In this document: piece after piece, positions 9,093 through 17,425 of the stretch
Position numbering within the stretch: position 1 is the stretch's first letter
Layout of the letters: the number at the start of each line of letters is the position of its first letter
IMG/VR virus record: IMGVR_UViG_3300032327_001521
Source: a virus
Lineage: Duplodnaviria > Heunggongvirae > Uroviricota > Caudoviricetes
Direction: 5' to 3' (one strand)
DNA: 64,000 nt
Position numbers and translations under genes: made by a program
Notes under the pieces: model-generated
What the model saw: the letters and a program-made list of their open reading frames with translations, nothing else
The model's database searches: none
What the model was told of the DNA's origin: nothing

Positions 9093-9326
9093 CTACAGGC
9101 TTTGAAAATAGCCAGGAAATCTCTCATTCAGACTTTCTCGCATCTCTAAATCAGATAAGCCAGTTGCGGCCATACCAAATAGATGTTCTATAATTCTGAC
9201 GCTGTCAGTTGACCCAATCATTGCATCGATCTTATTGCGAACTCTACTAAATTGAAGTGGACCATTTTCTGAAATCTGCTTTACCAGCTCCCCTGGTTCA
9301 GGCACGTAATACTTATTGAAACCCAT
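9093..9326 (-). CDS. hypothetical protein (start moved to internal ATG)
   Basis: track ORF 9093..9380 would begin inside a terminator hairpin; internal Met (MGFNKYY) at 9326 avoids it. Confidence 0.3.
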   Translation of the reverse strand: MGFNKYYVPEPGELVKQISENGPLQFSRVRNKIDAMIGSTDSVRIIEHLFGMAATGLSDLEMRESLNERFPGYFQSL

Positions 9327-9351
9327 ATAAACTGTATTGTACTCTCTATAA

Positions 9352-9382
9352 ACAAAAAAGGCTTGCTGATTTCTCAGCAAGC
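9352..9382 (-). terminator. rho-independent terminator, minus-strand orientation
   Basis: hairpin gcttgctga-ttt-ctcagcaagc (9361-9382) followed on the minus strand by a U-run (A-run 9353-9359 on plus). Confidence 0.6.
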
Positions 9383-9860
9383 CTTGGTATCGTGGGAAAA
9401 GCGTACGGAAGGATTAAGGTTTACCTCCATTTTGACGATGAACTGCAATAGTAGCGACCACTCTCACATCCCTCTGTCAAGGGCAACTCAAATCAGGTTG
9501 GATCCGCCTGAATCGCTGTTGTGTTAACAACTAACAATGTGGATGCTTTATTCCGCTCATCAGAAAATTATTCAGCCACAAGACGGGATTATTGTATACC
9601 CGTAGGTCGATTGCAAAATACTCCAAGTATGAAGTGTCAAAACTCCAGATTCCGACGGTTAATCGGTTCAGCCGTTCCGCTTGAAACTGCTGCGAGGCAT
9701 CCCTCTAATCTGGGCCGTTACCTGTTTTGCAAGCAGGTTATTCCGGCACGTACTTCAGTGAGGCTCATGACTTCCTCTCCAATTTTCCCAACGTTATTAA
9801 AGAACTAGTATTCTATTATAGCCAATATCCAAAAAAAGTTTTGAAATTTATGGCAATTTT
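9383..9860 (-). ncRNA. about 480-nt non-coding region with multiple hairpins; candidate structured RNA of unknown class
   Basis: no credible ORF on either strand (track ORFs 9521..9808 and 9727..9996 lie on the opposite strand to the flanking minus-strand genes and have no functional context); hairpins ccct-ctgtca-aggg and cctg-ttttgcaag-cagg; bounded by the minus-strand terminator. Confidence 0.25.
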
Positions 9861-10094
9861 TTATAGCGCCAGCGTAAGTAAATGGAGAGTCCAAAAAACA
9901 ATCCCGCTATACAGTACAAAACGAAATTCGCTCGCCATAGTGTTCCAGTTGCCTGGATTAGCCAATACTGAACTATGTCGAACCCGAATGGATTGAAGAA
10001 AAGAGCGATCATCATACATCGGGTCGCTAGATTCCCAATTAAAATTTTTCTCCAAGTTTCTACTATCACCGTCCATAAGCATTTGATTTTTCAT
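9861..10094 (-). CDS. hypothetical small protein with C-terminal hydrophobic tail
   Basis: 77-aa ATG-initiated ORF; competing 73-aa GTG ORF in another frame; weak. Confidence 0.2.
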   Translation of the reverse strand: MKNQMLMDGDSRNLEKNFNWESSDPMYDDRSFLQSIRVRHSSVLANPGNWNTMASEFRFVLYSGIVFWTLHLLTLAL

Positions 10095-10134
10095 ACAATA
10101 AGCGTAAGGAAGAGTCTATCTTCTTGACTATTTA

Positions 10135-10395
10135 TTACCATTTAGGCTCCTGACCGATTTGATCAAGTGCACAATGAAAATTCTTAAGTCTGGTCTTTGC
10201 CTCTAGAAAACACCCACAAATTCCGCATTGTATAAATGTTGAGTCAAAGTGTTCACAGGCTTTACACAATTCCATTCGAGCGGCCTTTTCAATTTCAGAT
10301 ACAAATACCTTATCTAGAATCCTAGACATTACGGTTGGATTCTTGGTTTTTGGAGTGCTATCTCCGCAGCCGCAATCTTCTGTTTCCTGATTCAT
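10135..10395 (-). CDS. Cys-rich small protein (8 Cys; zinc-ribbon/Fe-S-like), coupled to uvdE
   Basis: CGCGDS ... CKACEH ... CGICGC ... HC; its start overlaps the UvdE stop. Confidence 0.5.
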   Translation of the reverse strand: MNQETEDCGCGDSTPKTKNPTVMSRILDKVFVSEIEKAARMELCKACEHFDSTFIQCGICGCFLEAKTRLKNFHCALDQIGQEPKW

Positions 10396-11396
10396 TAAGC
10401 TTCTACTAGGTCTTTTTTAAAGTATCTCTTATCGTCAAACTCTAGATAGTTTTCAAGAAGCAACCTGGTTGACTGCTGTTCTCGATACTGAAGTACTGCC
10501 AAATCCTTGGCCTTTGCCTCAACCTCACAATCAAATGTCATACCATACTCGTTTATTCTTTCATAAACATAGTCAGCATGGGATCGAGCAATAACGGTTG
10601 GATCTTCGAACGTCTTTTTACAGCTTGAGTAGTGAGTGAGAGGTGTCACATCTTTCCAAGTACGAGCTGCAAGCTTAAGAGCGGCCTCCTCGGTTAGGCC
10701 ACCGTCATTGAATCTGTGATGGTGAAAATCAAAAGTAATTGGCGTACCAATTCGCATGTACACCATATTGTACAAATCAGTAACCGAATATTGAGCACCC
10801 TTATCATCATTTTCAATAACTATCCTGTCCCTAGCGCTTTGACTTAGCTTGGCAAAGTTTTCGCAAAAACGCTTGGCTGCCGATTCCTTGTCTCCATACG
10901 TGCCGCCTAGATGAATGTTAATTGGAAACTGGTGCGAGACCGGCAGACCCATAAGATCCATGATTTCGCTGTGCTGATTTAGATCCTTGATTGTTTTACG
11001 AACAACTGACTCGCTTGGAGAACAGAGCACATCAAACTGACCTGGGTGCATGGATAGCCTGATCCCATTGTCTAGAGCATACTCGCCAATCTTTTGCATA
11101 TCAACCAAAATCTGCTTGAAATTAGGCAGCGTTTGAATTTCATACTCTGACATCCATGGAAAAACATCGCTTGACATTCGGTACACAAAGATTCCATTCT
11201 TTACATTCCATCTCAAGATCTTAAGAATATCCTTGATGTTTTGATGGGCTAGTTCGCTACAATAGGGCTGACCCTTTGCAGCAAATGTTCGCTTAATCAT
11301 GCCGCGATTAGCTGTGATCTTTTGATCGGCTAATGATAGGTTAATGCAACAGTAACCAAATCTAACGTTTGATGTATTCATGAATCTATTGTACAT
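10395..11396 (-). CDS. uvdE: UV damage endonuclease UvdE
   Basis: blocks matching B. subtilis UvdE: HPGQFDVLCSPSESV, INIHLGGTYGDKESA, IENDDK, FDFHHH, RSHADYV, EVEAKAKDLAVL. Confidence 0.9.
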   Translation of the reverse strand: MYNRFMNTSNVRFGYCCINLSLADQKITANRGMIKRTFAAKGQPYCSELAHQNIKDILKILRWNVKNGIFVYRMSSDVFPWMSEYEIQTLPNFKQILVDMQKIGEYALDNGIRLSMHPGQFDVLCSPSESVVRKTIKDLNQHSEIMDLMGLPVSHQFPINIHLGGTYGDKESAAKRFCENFAKLSQSARDRIVIENDDKGAQYSVTDLYNMVYMRIGTPITFDFHHHRFNDGGLTEEAALKLAARTWKDVTPLTHYSSCKKTFEDPTVIARSHADYVYERINEYGMTFDCEVEAKAKDLAVLQYREQQSTRLLLENYLEFDDKRYFKKDLVEA

Positions 11397-11413
11397 AGAT
11401 TAGCATCGCTTGG

Positions 11414-11527
11414 CTAAATGCCTAAGTGGTCATAGGTTGGGCAACTCTTATATGGTGAACAGCTCATAGTAAGGGCGGCTAAAGCAATGGCTGCTAATAC
11501 AGCAAATGCAATTCTCTTCTTTTTCAT
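11414..11527 (-). CDS. small secreted/lipo-protein (37 aa, not in track)
   Basis: MKKKRIAFAVLAAIALAALTMSCSPYKSCPTYDHLGI: signal peptide followed by Cys. Confidence 0.25.
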   Translation of the reverse strand: MKKKRIAFAVLAAIALAALTMSCSPYKSCPTYDHLGI

Positions 11528-11551
11528 AGTGGTCAGTTTTTTCTATTTATC

Positions 11552-11580
11552 AAAAAGGGCCCAAAAGGCCCTTAATTAAA
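11552..11580 (-). terminator. rho-independent terminator downstream of the exonuclease gene
   Basis: gggcc-aaaa-ggccc flanked by A/T runs. Confidence 0.55.
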
Positions 11581-12202
11581 AGTTGGCAACTGAATAGTAT
11601 TGCGTTATACCTCTAATTACCCTGACTACATCGATTGCATCCTGTAAAGCATCATGTGTTACTGAACCTTCAACTTGTGCACGTTGCATGCAGGTTTGTA
11701 AATTAGGTGGACCAGTATCAGTCATCCAATCAATACACATGATAGCTGGATCTATCATCCGCTGCTTAAACTGAATGGCCGTCTTCCATCCTGGAATCTT
11801 TTCTAGGAATAACTTATCAAAGACTCCAAAGTTTTTACCGGCTACTGTGATTACCACTTGATCCGAGTTTTCAATTTTGGGTACACCATTAGCCATCAAC
11901 CACATTGCAAAAGATTTTGCAACTAGATTAACCGGTATGATATTGTGCCGCTTGCGAATCTCAGACCGGTCATGTCGATCAGCTCTCTCTAGCTCTCCAA
12001 GTTTTGCAAGAATCTCACGATTCATATTGAGAGCAAATGTGCTTCCTGACACATGCTGATGCTCCACCAGACAATTAAAAGTTGGCAGCTCATCTATCTT
12101 TTTAAGATTAAGCGTATCTTCAATTACTGCTCCAATCTGAAGAACTTGACAGGTTTCCGGGTCAAGGCCGGTTGTTTCGACATCAATTGAAATATAAATC
12201 AT
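11576..12202 (-). CDS. DnaQ-like 3'-5' exonuclease (DEDDh)
   Basis: Exo I ISIDVETTGL, Exo III HDALQDAID (H-x4-D). Confidence 0.8.
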   Translation of the reverse strand: MIYISIDVETTGLDPETCQVLQIGAVIEDTLNLKKIDELPTFNCLVEHQHVSGSTFALNMNREILAKLGELERADRHDRSEIRKRHNIIPVNLVAKSFAMWLMANGVPKIENSDQVVITVAGKNFGVFDKLFLEKIPGWKTAIQFKQRMIDPAIMCIDWMTDTGPPNLQTCMQRAQVEGSVTHDALQDAIDVVRVIRGITQYYSVANF

Positions 12203-12210
12203 AGTAGTTA

Positions 12211-12609
12211 TTAAAATGGCAAGTCATCATCGCTCCAATCAAATGACTCGGTTGATTTAGGCTTTTCAGCCTTTGGTTTTGATTCCATCCAAAAATCATC
12301 GTCATCTTCAAAATTTGTTTTTGACTTGGCCTCACCGACCATTCTCCATGCCTCCAATGCATTGAAGTATTTTACTGTGCCGGTCTTATCTGTCCAGTCT
12401 CGTCCGGTAACATTAAAACCAACGGTAATTTGGTCTCCAACTGAATATGCATCAATTATATTGCACTTCTCTTGCGTAAGCTGAAAAATAATTTTTTGTG
12501 GGTATTTGTCTCCTACTTCAAGAACAAACTCGCGTTTGCGAAAGCCCTTACCAAAGGTTTGTGCCGGGAAGATCTCAATGATGGTGCCGGCCATCTCAAA
12601 TTTATTCAT
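12211..12609 (-). CDS. single-stranded DNA-binding protein, DUF3127-type OB fold with SSB acidic C-terminal tip
   Basis: start moved to internal Met (MNKFEMAG) directly after the kinase stop; core resembles Bacteroidetes DUF3127; C-terminus DWSDDDLPF mimics the SSB DDDIPF tip. Confidence 0.6.
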   Translation of the reverse strand: MNKFEMAGTIIEIFPAQTFGKGFRKREFVLEVGDKYPQKIIFQLTQEKCNIIDAYSVGDQITVGFNVTGRDWTDKTGTVKYFNALEAWRMVGEAKSKTNFEDDDDFWMESKPKAEKPKSTESFDWSDDDLPF

Positions 12610-12610
12610 A

Positions 12611-13108
12611 TTAAAAGTCTGCGTTTGATATTCTGATATCGTAATTTGTAAAATGTGCAAAGTCTAGACGGTCAGCCTGCACTCGACGCTCTAGTGTATC
12701 GCCAGGCATTGCACGATTAGCCAAACGACCTACCCTGATCTCTTCAGGTATGTCAATGAAAATAATAAGACTCTCAGCCCTGTCCTCAGGCAATAGGTGT
12801 TCAAGGCCACGAGGGGTCATTATGAAAAGGGTCTTACTGTAAAACTGTTCTCGAGTTGTGCCATAAATCCAATGATTAAATCTGACCCATTCATAGAATT
12901 CGCCATTTTTAATCATTGCCTGAGCCTGGTCCTCGGACACAAATCGATAGTCCTGGTCAGGGGTCTCATTCTCTCTAGGAGGTCGAGTTGTATAGCTTAG
13001 GGCATACTCAAAACCTCTTTGCTCAAGCCTCTTTCTGAGGTGATCTTTGCCTGAGGCTCCATGACCGCATAAAATTATCCGTTTAAAACCTTTACCTAAC
13101 CTTTCCAT
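12611..13108 (-). CDS. guanylate kinase family nucleoside monophosphate kinase
   Basis: P-loop GHGASGKD, signature YTTRPPRENE, WIYGTTRE. Confidence 0.75.
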   Translation of the reverse strand: MERLGKGFKRIILCGHGASGKDHLRKRLEQRGFEYALSYTTRPPRENETPDQDYRFVSEDQAQAMIKNGEFYEWVRFNHWIYGTTREQFYSKTLFIMTPRGLEHLLPEDRAESLIIFIDIPEEIRVGRLANRAMPGDTLERRVQADRLDFAHFTNYDIRISNADF

Positions 13109-14424
13109 TAATATTCTCTAGTGCTTCCGTGCACGGCTTTGATTACTGGAAATCTCAGGGAGTGCTGGCCGTGCTGGTCAACTGTTTGCTCAAAGTATTG
13201 CACTGTAATTGTTTTACCCAATATGTCATTTGGGTTTTTATAATAATTACGACGCTGTTCAAGATTAAAACCTGATCCAACTCTTACCTGATTGCCCTTA
13301 TGCTGAATGAATACGGCTTTTAACATTTCCTCTTCAACTTCATGGCCGTCCTCTATTACGCGATGAGTTCCATTCTCAAGACCGGTAACCACATACTCGG
13401 CATCATGCATTTTCTTCACCTTAAGTAGGTTCTTTGAGCGTTTGCCTTCATATCCAACATCCTTGCGAATCATAATTCCTTCGTATCCCATTGCTGATGC
13501 ATCAGCGACCAACACTTCAAAGTGCTCGCGGCTCTCTACTCTAATTTGAGTTAGCGGCTTTGCGTGCACAAGCTCAAGGCTGTCAAAATAAGCATTAAGC
13601 ATAATAAGCCGTGCTGAGAGACTGATTTCACTGGCTCCAGCACTGAACTCGGATAGGTCTACTAAATCAAATACATAGTAGATTGGTGCCTCAACGGTAT
13701 GGTCTTTTTTACCAATTTCCTTTAGAATTCCTTGGAAATCCTCTAGTCCATCCTCCTTCATGACACAAACCTCGCCGTCTAATACCTTTGACCTTATCCC
13801 AAGCGGCTTAAGATCAGCTGCTAATTTAGATAGAGTATGGAACTCCTTACCCTGTCGAGAAAAGAACCTGATCTCTCCAGCTTCATCTGCAATTGCAAGG
13901 CAACGAACTCCATCAAGTTTACGGCTGGCCCACCAGGATTGTTCTTCAAAATCTATGCCCTTTTCACTTGATTCAAATTTTTCAGCTAGGGCAACATCAA
14001 AACCTGGAACCGTGCCAGGCAAAACTGAGTTAATTAGAGTAGCGGTTGCACGAGTTTTAATATTTCGATCAATCACATCATAGATGATCTCTGCAAACTC
14101 CTGATTTTTTTCAATAAATCCATTAACGACTTGAATTGCAGAGTGGCCAGTGATATGCCTGTCATTCAGATCATCTAATAGGGCGAACAGATCGGTATAG
14201 TTGTCAAATTTTAGGTCCTGACGTTTCTTAAGATTCTCTGAGGTTACGCCATACTGTTTAAATGGCGAATATGTGTACTCAAATATCTTGCGTAAAAATG
14301 GCGAATCATACTTTTGAATTATCTCCTTTTTTAGATTGGTCGAGGAGGTTGCTTTCATTTCATCGATGAAATCTCTAAGCTTACTAAGTTCTGCTTGCAT
14401 AGAGGTATTATACTCCATAAACAA
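13108..14424 (-). CDS. ATP-dependent DNA ligase
   Basis: motif I KLDGVR (adenylated Lys), motif V LLKVKK, nucleotidyltransferase-type spacing. Confidence 0.8.
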   Translation of the reverse strand: MFMEYNTSMQAELSKLRDFIDEMKATSSTNLKKEIIQKYDSPFLRKIFEYTYSPFKQYGVTSENLKKRQDLKFDNYTDLFALLDDLNDRHITGHSAIQVVNGFIEKNQEFAEIIYDVIDRNIKTRATATLINSVLPGTVPGFDVALAEKFESSEKGIDFEEQSWWASRKLDGVRCLAIADEAGEIRFFSRQGKEFHTLSKLAADLKPLGIRSKVLDGEVCVMKEDGLEDFQGILKEIGKKDHTVEAPIYYVFDLVDLSEFSAGASEISLSARLIMLNAYFDSLELVHAKPLTQIRVESREHFEVLVADASAMGYEGIMIRKDVGYEGKRSKNLLKVKKMHDAEYVVTGLENGTHRVIEDGHEVEEEMLKAVFIQHKGNQVRVGSGFNLEQRRNYYKNPNDILGKTITVQYFEQTVDQHGQHSLRFPVIKAVHGSTREY

Positions 14425-14456
14425 AAAAAGGCCAACTTTTCAGTAGGCCTTTTTCT
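14423..14456. terminator. rho-independent terminator
   Basis: aaaaaaa-ggccaac-tttc-agtaggcc-ttttt. Confidence 0.5.
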
Positions 14457-14473
14457 TTCAAAAATAATGAAGG

Positions 14474-15145
14474 TTAAGCAAATGAATCATCCTTGCCGGT
14501 GTACGGCTTAACTAGTGCCTTGAGATTACCCAACTTCTTTTGCTCTTCTGGATTAAGAGTAGTAGTCCCAATCTTATCAATATCGCCAATTAATGTATCA
14601 CCGCTTTCATCACGCTTATAAAGTAACATGAGACGGCCTAGTGCATCACATGCGGTCTTATCATCATCTCTAAGTCCAAGCTTACCCGTATATTTTTTTA
14701 TGATTCCAATCATTTTATCTAGCTCATTGCCATATACTGGGTTAAGCGGATCAAGCATTCTAACTAGATCCGATACATCCGGTTGCAAATCCGAGTCAGG
14801 ATAAGCCTTGCCAGTTTGAGCAGGAGCAGCCTGTTCGCCTGCAACAGATATGGACACTTGATTTTGTGCATTTGATCTCCAGGCTATTGATACCATGTCA
14901 GTCCCATTATCGTGTTTTACCATAACTGTGCCAGCCTTTGTGCCAGAGTCAACAGCTGTTCCAACTGCATCAGTTAGTTGCTTCCACTGTGGTGCAAAGG
15001 CTCCGCCGTTTGCACCGCTCTTTACCTGATTGAGAGCTTTGGCTGGGTCAGAATCAGCCTCTAAGACTAGAGCAGATTCATTTACTGATCGGTATTTTAA
15101 TTGCTCAAGGTGTTGAGCATAATTGAAATAGTTAAGTTGATTCAT
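14474..15145 (-). CDS. hypothetical protein
   Basis: 223-aa ORF. Confidence 0.5.
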   Translation of the reverse strand: MNQLNYFNYAQHLEQLKYRSVNESALVLEADSDPAKALNQVKSGANGGAFAPQWKQLTDAVGTAVDSGTKAGTVMVKHDNGTDMVSIAWRSNAQNQVSISVAGEQAAPAQTGKAYPDSDLQPDVSDLVRMLDPLNPVYGNELDKMIGIIKKYTGKLGLRDDDKTACDALGRLMLLYKRDESGDTLIGDIDKIGTTTLNPEEQKKLGNLKALVKPYTGKDDSFA

Positions 15146-15162
15146 TTATGTGAACTTATTTT

Positions 15163-16188
15163 TTACAAGAATGTTAGCTTTGTACCCTTTGGTGTGGTAA
15201 CAACCTTGCTCGATTTCTTTGCGCCAGTAGCAGTCTTTGCTACAGCTTTACCTGCATAATCCCCAGTCTTACTCTTAAAATCAGTCAAGATTTTCTCAAC
15301 CTGATCAAGCGTAATACTTCCAAGTTTACCAATCAGCTCATTAGCTAAGGCTTCATCAAAATCTTTTACTGGAGCACTCTTTCCTAGTATTGTTGCAAGA
15401 GACTGGGCCGTTGCATTTCCGAATCTTCCCATTGGGCCGCCTTTTGCATTAATCGCGGCCTTTGCCTCAGGGCTTAGTGCAATCAGAATTGCTTGTAGAG
15501 AAGCAATTTCATCTGCTTGCTGACCATATTTCAGGCTAATTGCATCCTTAACTAGATTGGCAACAGACTGGTCTCCAGTTGGAGTAGCAGGCTCAGCAGG
15601 TTCAGTAGCAGTAGGCGTTTTTTCTGGAGATGGTGCCGGAATAGCCTCTGCCTCCTTAGCCTTTCGGTTTGGATCGTTTGGTTGAGCATCTGGATCAAGT
15701 ATTGCTGTTTTCAAAGCGTCAGAATCAAAGATTTTTGAATCTCCTACCGTTATTTCAATGGTTGACCCAGCCGGTTTAAATCCACCTAGTGAGCTAAGCT
15801 TGACATCATCATAAAATGGTTGACTCAAAGAGTTAAGCTTTTTCACAACTGTGATTACTCCTTTCAATACGCCTTGCCTAATTCCAAAAATATCATTTCT
15901 GTACTTGTCCTTTGATGTATACAGTACCGGAATACCACGCTTAAGTATATCGGCTAGGCCTGCTTCCAGTGCCAATTGGTCATTAACATATTTAGCAACA
16001 GTATTGCCGACCTCTTCATCAGAAGAGCCTTTGGGAACTCTAACTCTAGCTGTAAATTCAAAATTAGCAACCTCATTCTTACCCGGGTCAGTTTTATTGA
16101 ATTTCCAAACTTTATCCTGAGCCTCATTAATTGCTGACTCTTGATAGTTCTCATTGATGAATTCGTTAAAAGACTTAAATTTTTCCAT
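15163..16188 (-). CDS. hypothetical protein with Pro/Thr/Ala/Glu-rich linker
   Basis: 341-aa ORF; low-complexity PAPSPEKTPTATEPAEPATPTG segment. Confidence 0.5.
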   Translation of the reverse strand: MEKFKSFNEFINENYQESAINEAQDKVWKFNKTDPGKNEVANFEFTARVRVPKGSSDEEVGNTVAKYVNDQLALEAGLADILKRGIPVLYTSKDKYRNDIFGIRQGVLKGVITVVKKLNSLSQPFYDDVKLSSLGGFKPAGSTIEITVGDSKIFDSDALKTAILDPDAQPNDPNRKAKEAEAIPAPSPEKTPTATEPAEPATPTGDQSVANLVKDAISLKYGQQADEIASLQAILIALSPEAKAAINAKGGPMGRFGNATAQSLATILGKSAPVKDFDEALANELIGKLGSITLDQVEKILTDFKSKTGDYAGKAVAKTATGAKKSSKVVTTPKGTKLTFL

Positions 16189-16273
16189 CTATTTGTTTTT
16201 CTGTTTTTTATAATAACTAAGTAGAGTTATTTATCCATTAAGGTCGAAACATTGGGGAATAAATAACCTTATC

Positions 16274-17395
16274 ATGAAGTACATATTTGAGTTTGCAGAA
16301 TACTCGGCTGATCAGGTTCTTGAGACTGCACTGGGAATTCTTGGAGATACCGGAACCAATTCACAATTTGGCGAGCAGACTAGCTATTTTAAGCAACTTG
16401 TACTTGAGGCTCGTAACTTGGGGATTGATGCATATGTATTTACTGATTTTGATGCAGATGGCACTACTGCCTGGATGCTAGAGGCCAACGAGACTTGGTC
16501 TAAATCTCGCAGAGGACTACCAAAGGTCTTCTATGATCGCAGCTTTCGTAAAAAGGCTGGGGCTAAGAATCGATCAAATACTCAAGCTCTTTCAGGTCTT
16601 GGCTGTACGCCAATCAATTCTCCAGATTTTAGAAAGGTTGCACTAGACAAACATCTTATGTATTCAAGCCTTGTACCGGCTCAGCTCGGGGAACTCGGTC
16701 TGCCGTATACTGAACGATATTCGAAAAAGGGGCTATTGCCATTTTTACAAGAGCGGCCAGTTTGTATTATTAAGCCGAGATTTGGATCAGGTGGAAAAGG
16801 CATAATTAAGGTAACAAAAGAGGGTATCGGATATGAATTATCCTATCAAGGAAATTCAATACAGTGTTCTGAAGCCAATTTGGTCAATACCATTAGTGAA
16901 GTTCGTAAAAAGATGCGAACTTCAAATCGACTGCACATAATTCAAGAGTGTATTAGCTTGCCAAAGTACAATGATTCGGTTTTTGATGTTCGGGTCATTT
17001 ATCAACGTGGGGCAAATGGCTCTGCCTTAAGAACTGGAATGGCAGTTAGACTAGCTGCACCCAAGAATATTGCAGCAAACCTTCATCAGGGTGGTAGTCG
17101 CGAAACCCTAAGTCGTGTACTTGGCGCACTATTCAATCAGGACTCAAACGGTCCTATTGCCGAATCAATTCGAGCTCATTCAAAATTTGTATTTGAAAAT
17201 TTAGACTCAAAGTTTGGACCAATTGGTGAAATTGGAATAGATTTTCTAATAGACCAGAGCGGTAAAGTTTACTTAATTGAGGTTAATTCAATTCCAGGTA
17301 GAAGCCTATTTCATATCATACCTGATATTAGACAAACCTCTATTAAGAGACCGGTTGAATATGCTAAATACCTACTAAACAAAAAAAGCCGCTAA
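16274..17395 (+). CDS. ATP-grasp enzyme (YheC/YheD-like ligase) with N-terminal domain of unknown function
   Basis: CIIKPRFGSGGKGIIKV and IGIDFLIDQSGKVYLIEVNSIPG are ATP-grasp C-terminal signatures; own promoter region and terminator. Confidence 0.65.
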   Translation: MKYIFEFAEYSADQVLETALGILGDTGTNSQFGEQTSYFKQLVLEARNLGIDAYVFTDFDADGTTAWMLEANETWSKSRRGLPKVFYDRSFRKKAGAKNRSNTQALSGLGCTPINSPDFRKVALDKHLMYSSLVPAQLGELGLPYTERYSKKGLLPFLQERPVCIIKPRFGSGGKGIIKVTKEGIGYELSYQGNSIQCSEANLVNTISEVRKKMRTSNRLHIIQECISLPKYNDSVFDVRVIYQRGANGSALRTGMAVRLAAPKNIAANLHQGGSRETLSRVLGALFNQDSNGPIAESIRAHSKFVFENLDSKFGPIGEIGIDFLIDQSGKVYLIEVNSIPGRSLFHIIPDIRQTSIKRPVEYAKYLLNKKSR

Positions 17396-17410
17396 TGCGG
17401 CTTTAATTTT
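17381..17410. terminator. bidirectional rho-independent terminator
   Basis: aaaaaaa-gccgc-taat-gcggc-tttaatttt between convergent genes. Confidence 0.65.
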
Positions 17411-17425
17411 AAATGCTGTGGCAAT

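Noticed and set aside
9383-9430. tRNA-like 3' CCA end (..CCCACGAUACCA on the minus strand, directly before the terminator hairpin).
   Set aside because: No T-arm or complementary 5' acceptor strand could be paired by hand. The CCA is likely coincidental.
9540-9570. Hammerhead-like CUGAUGA box on the minus strand (revcomp of tcatcag at about 9557-9563).
   Set aside because: No matching stem II/GAAA/stem III arrangement around it. A 7-mer alone is expected by chance.
9521-9996. Plus-strand ORFs 9521..9808 and 9727..9996 in the non-coding island.
   Set aside because: They lie on the strand opposite to all flanking minus-strand genes, overlap each other in different frames, and have no functional context. 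The region is better explained as non-coding or structured RNA.
9848-10069. 73-aa hydrophobic ORF with GTG start, alternative to the 77-aa ORF 9861..10094.
   Set aside because: GTG start, and its frame conflicts with an ATG-initiated ORF. An AT-rich genome generates Phe/Ile/Leu-rich pseudo-membrane ORFs easily. I listed the ATG ORF at low confidence instead.
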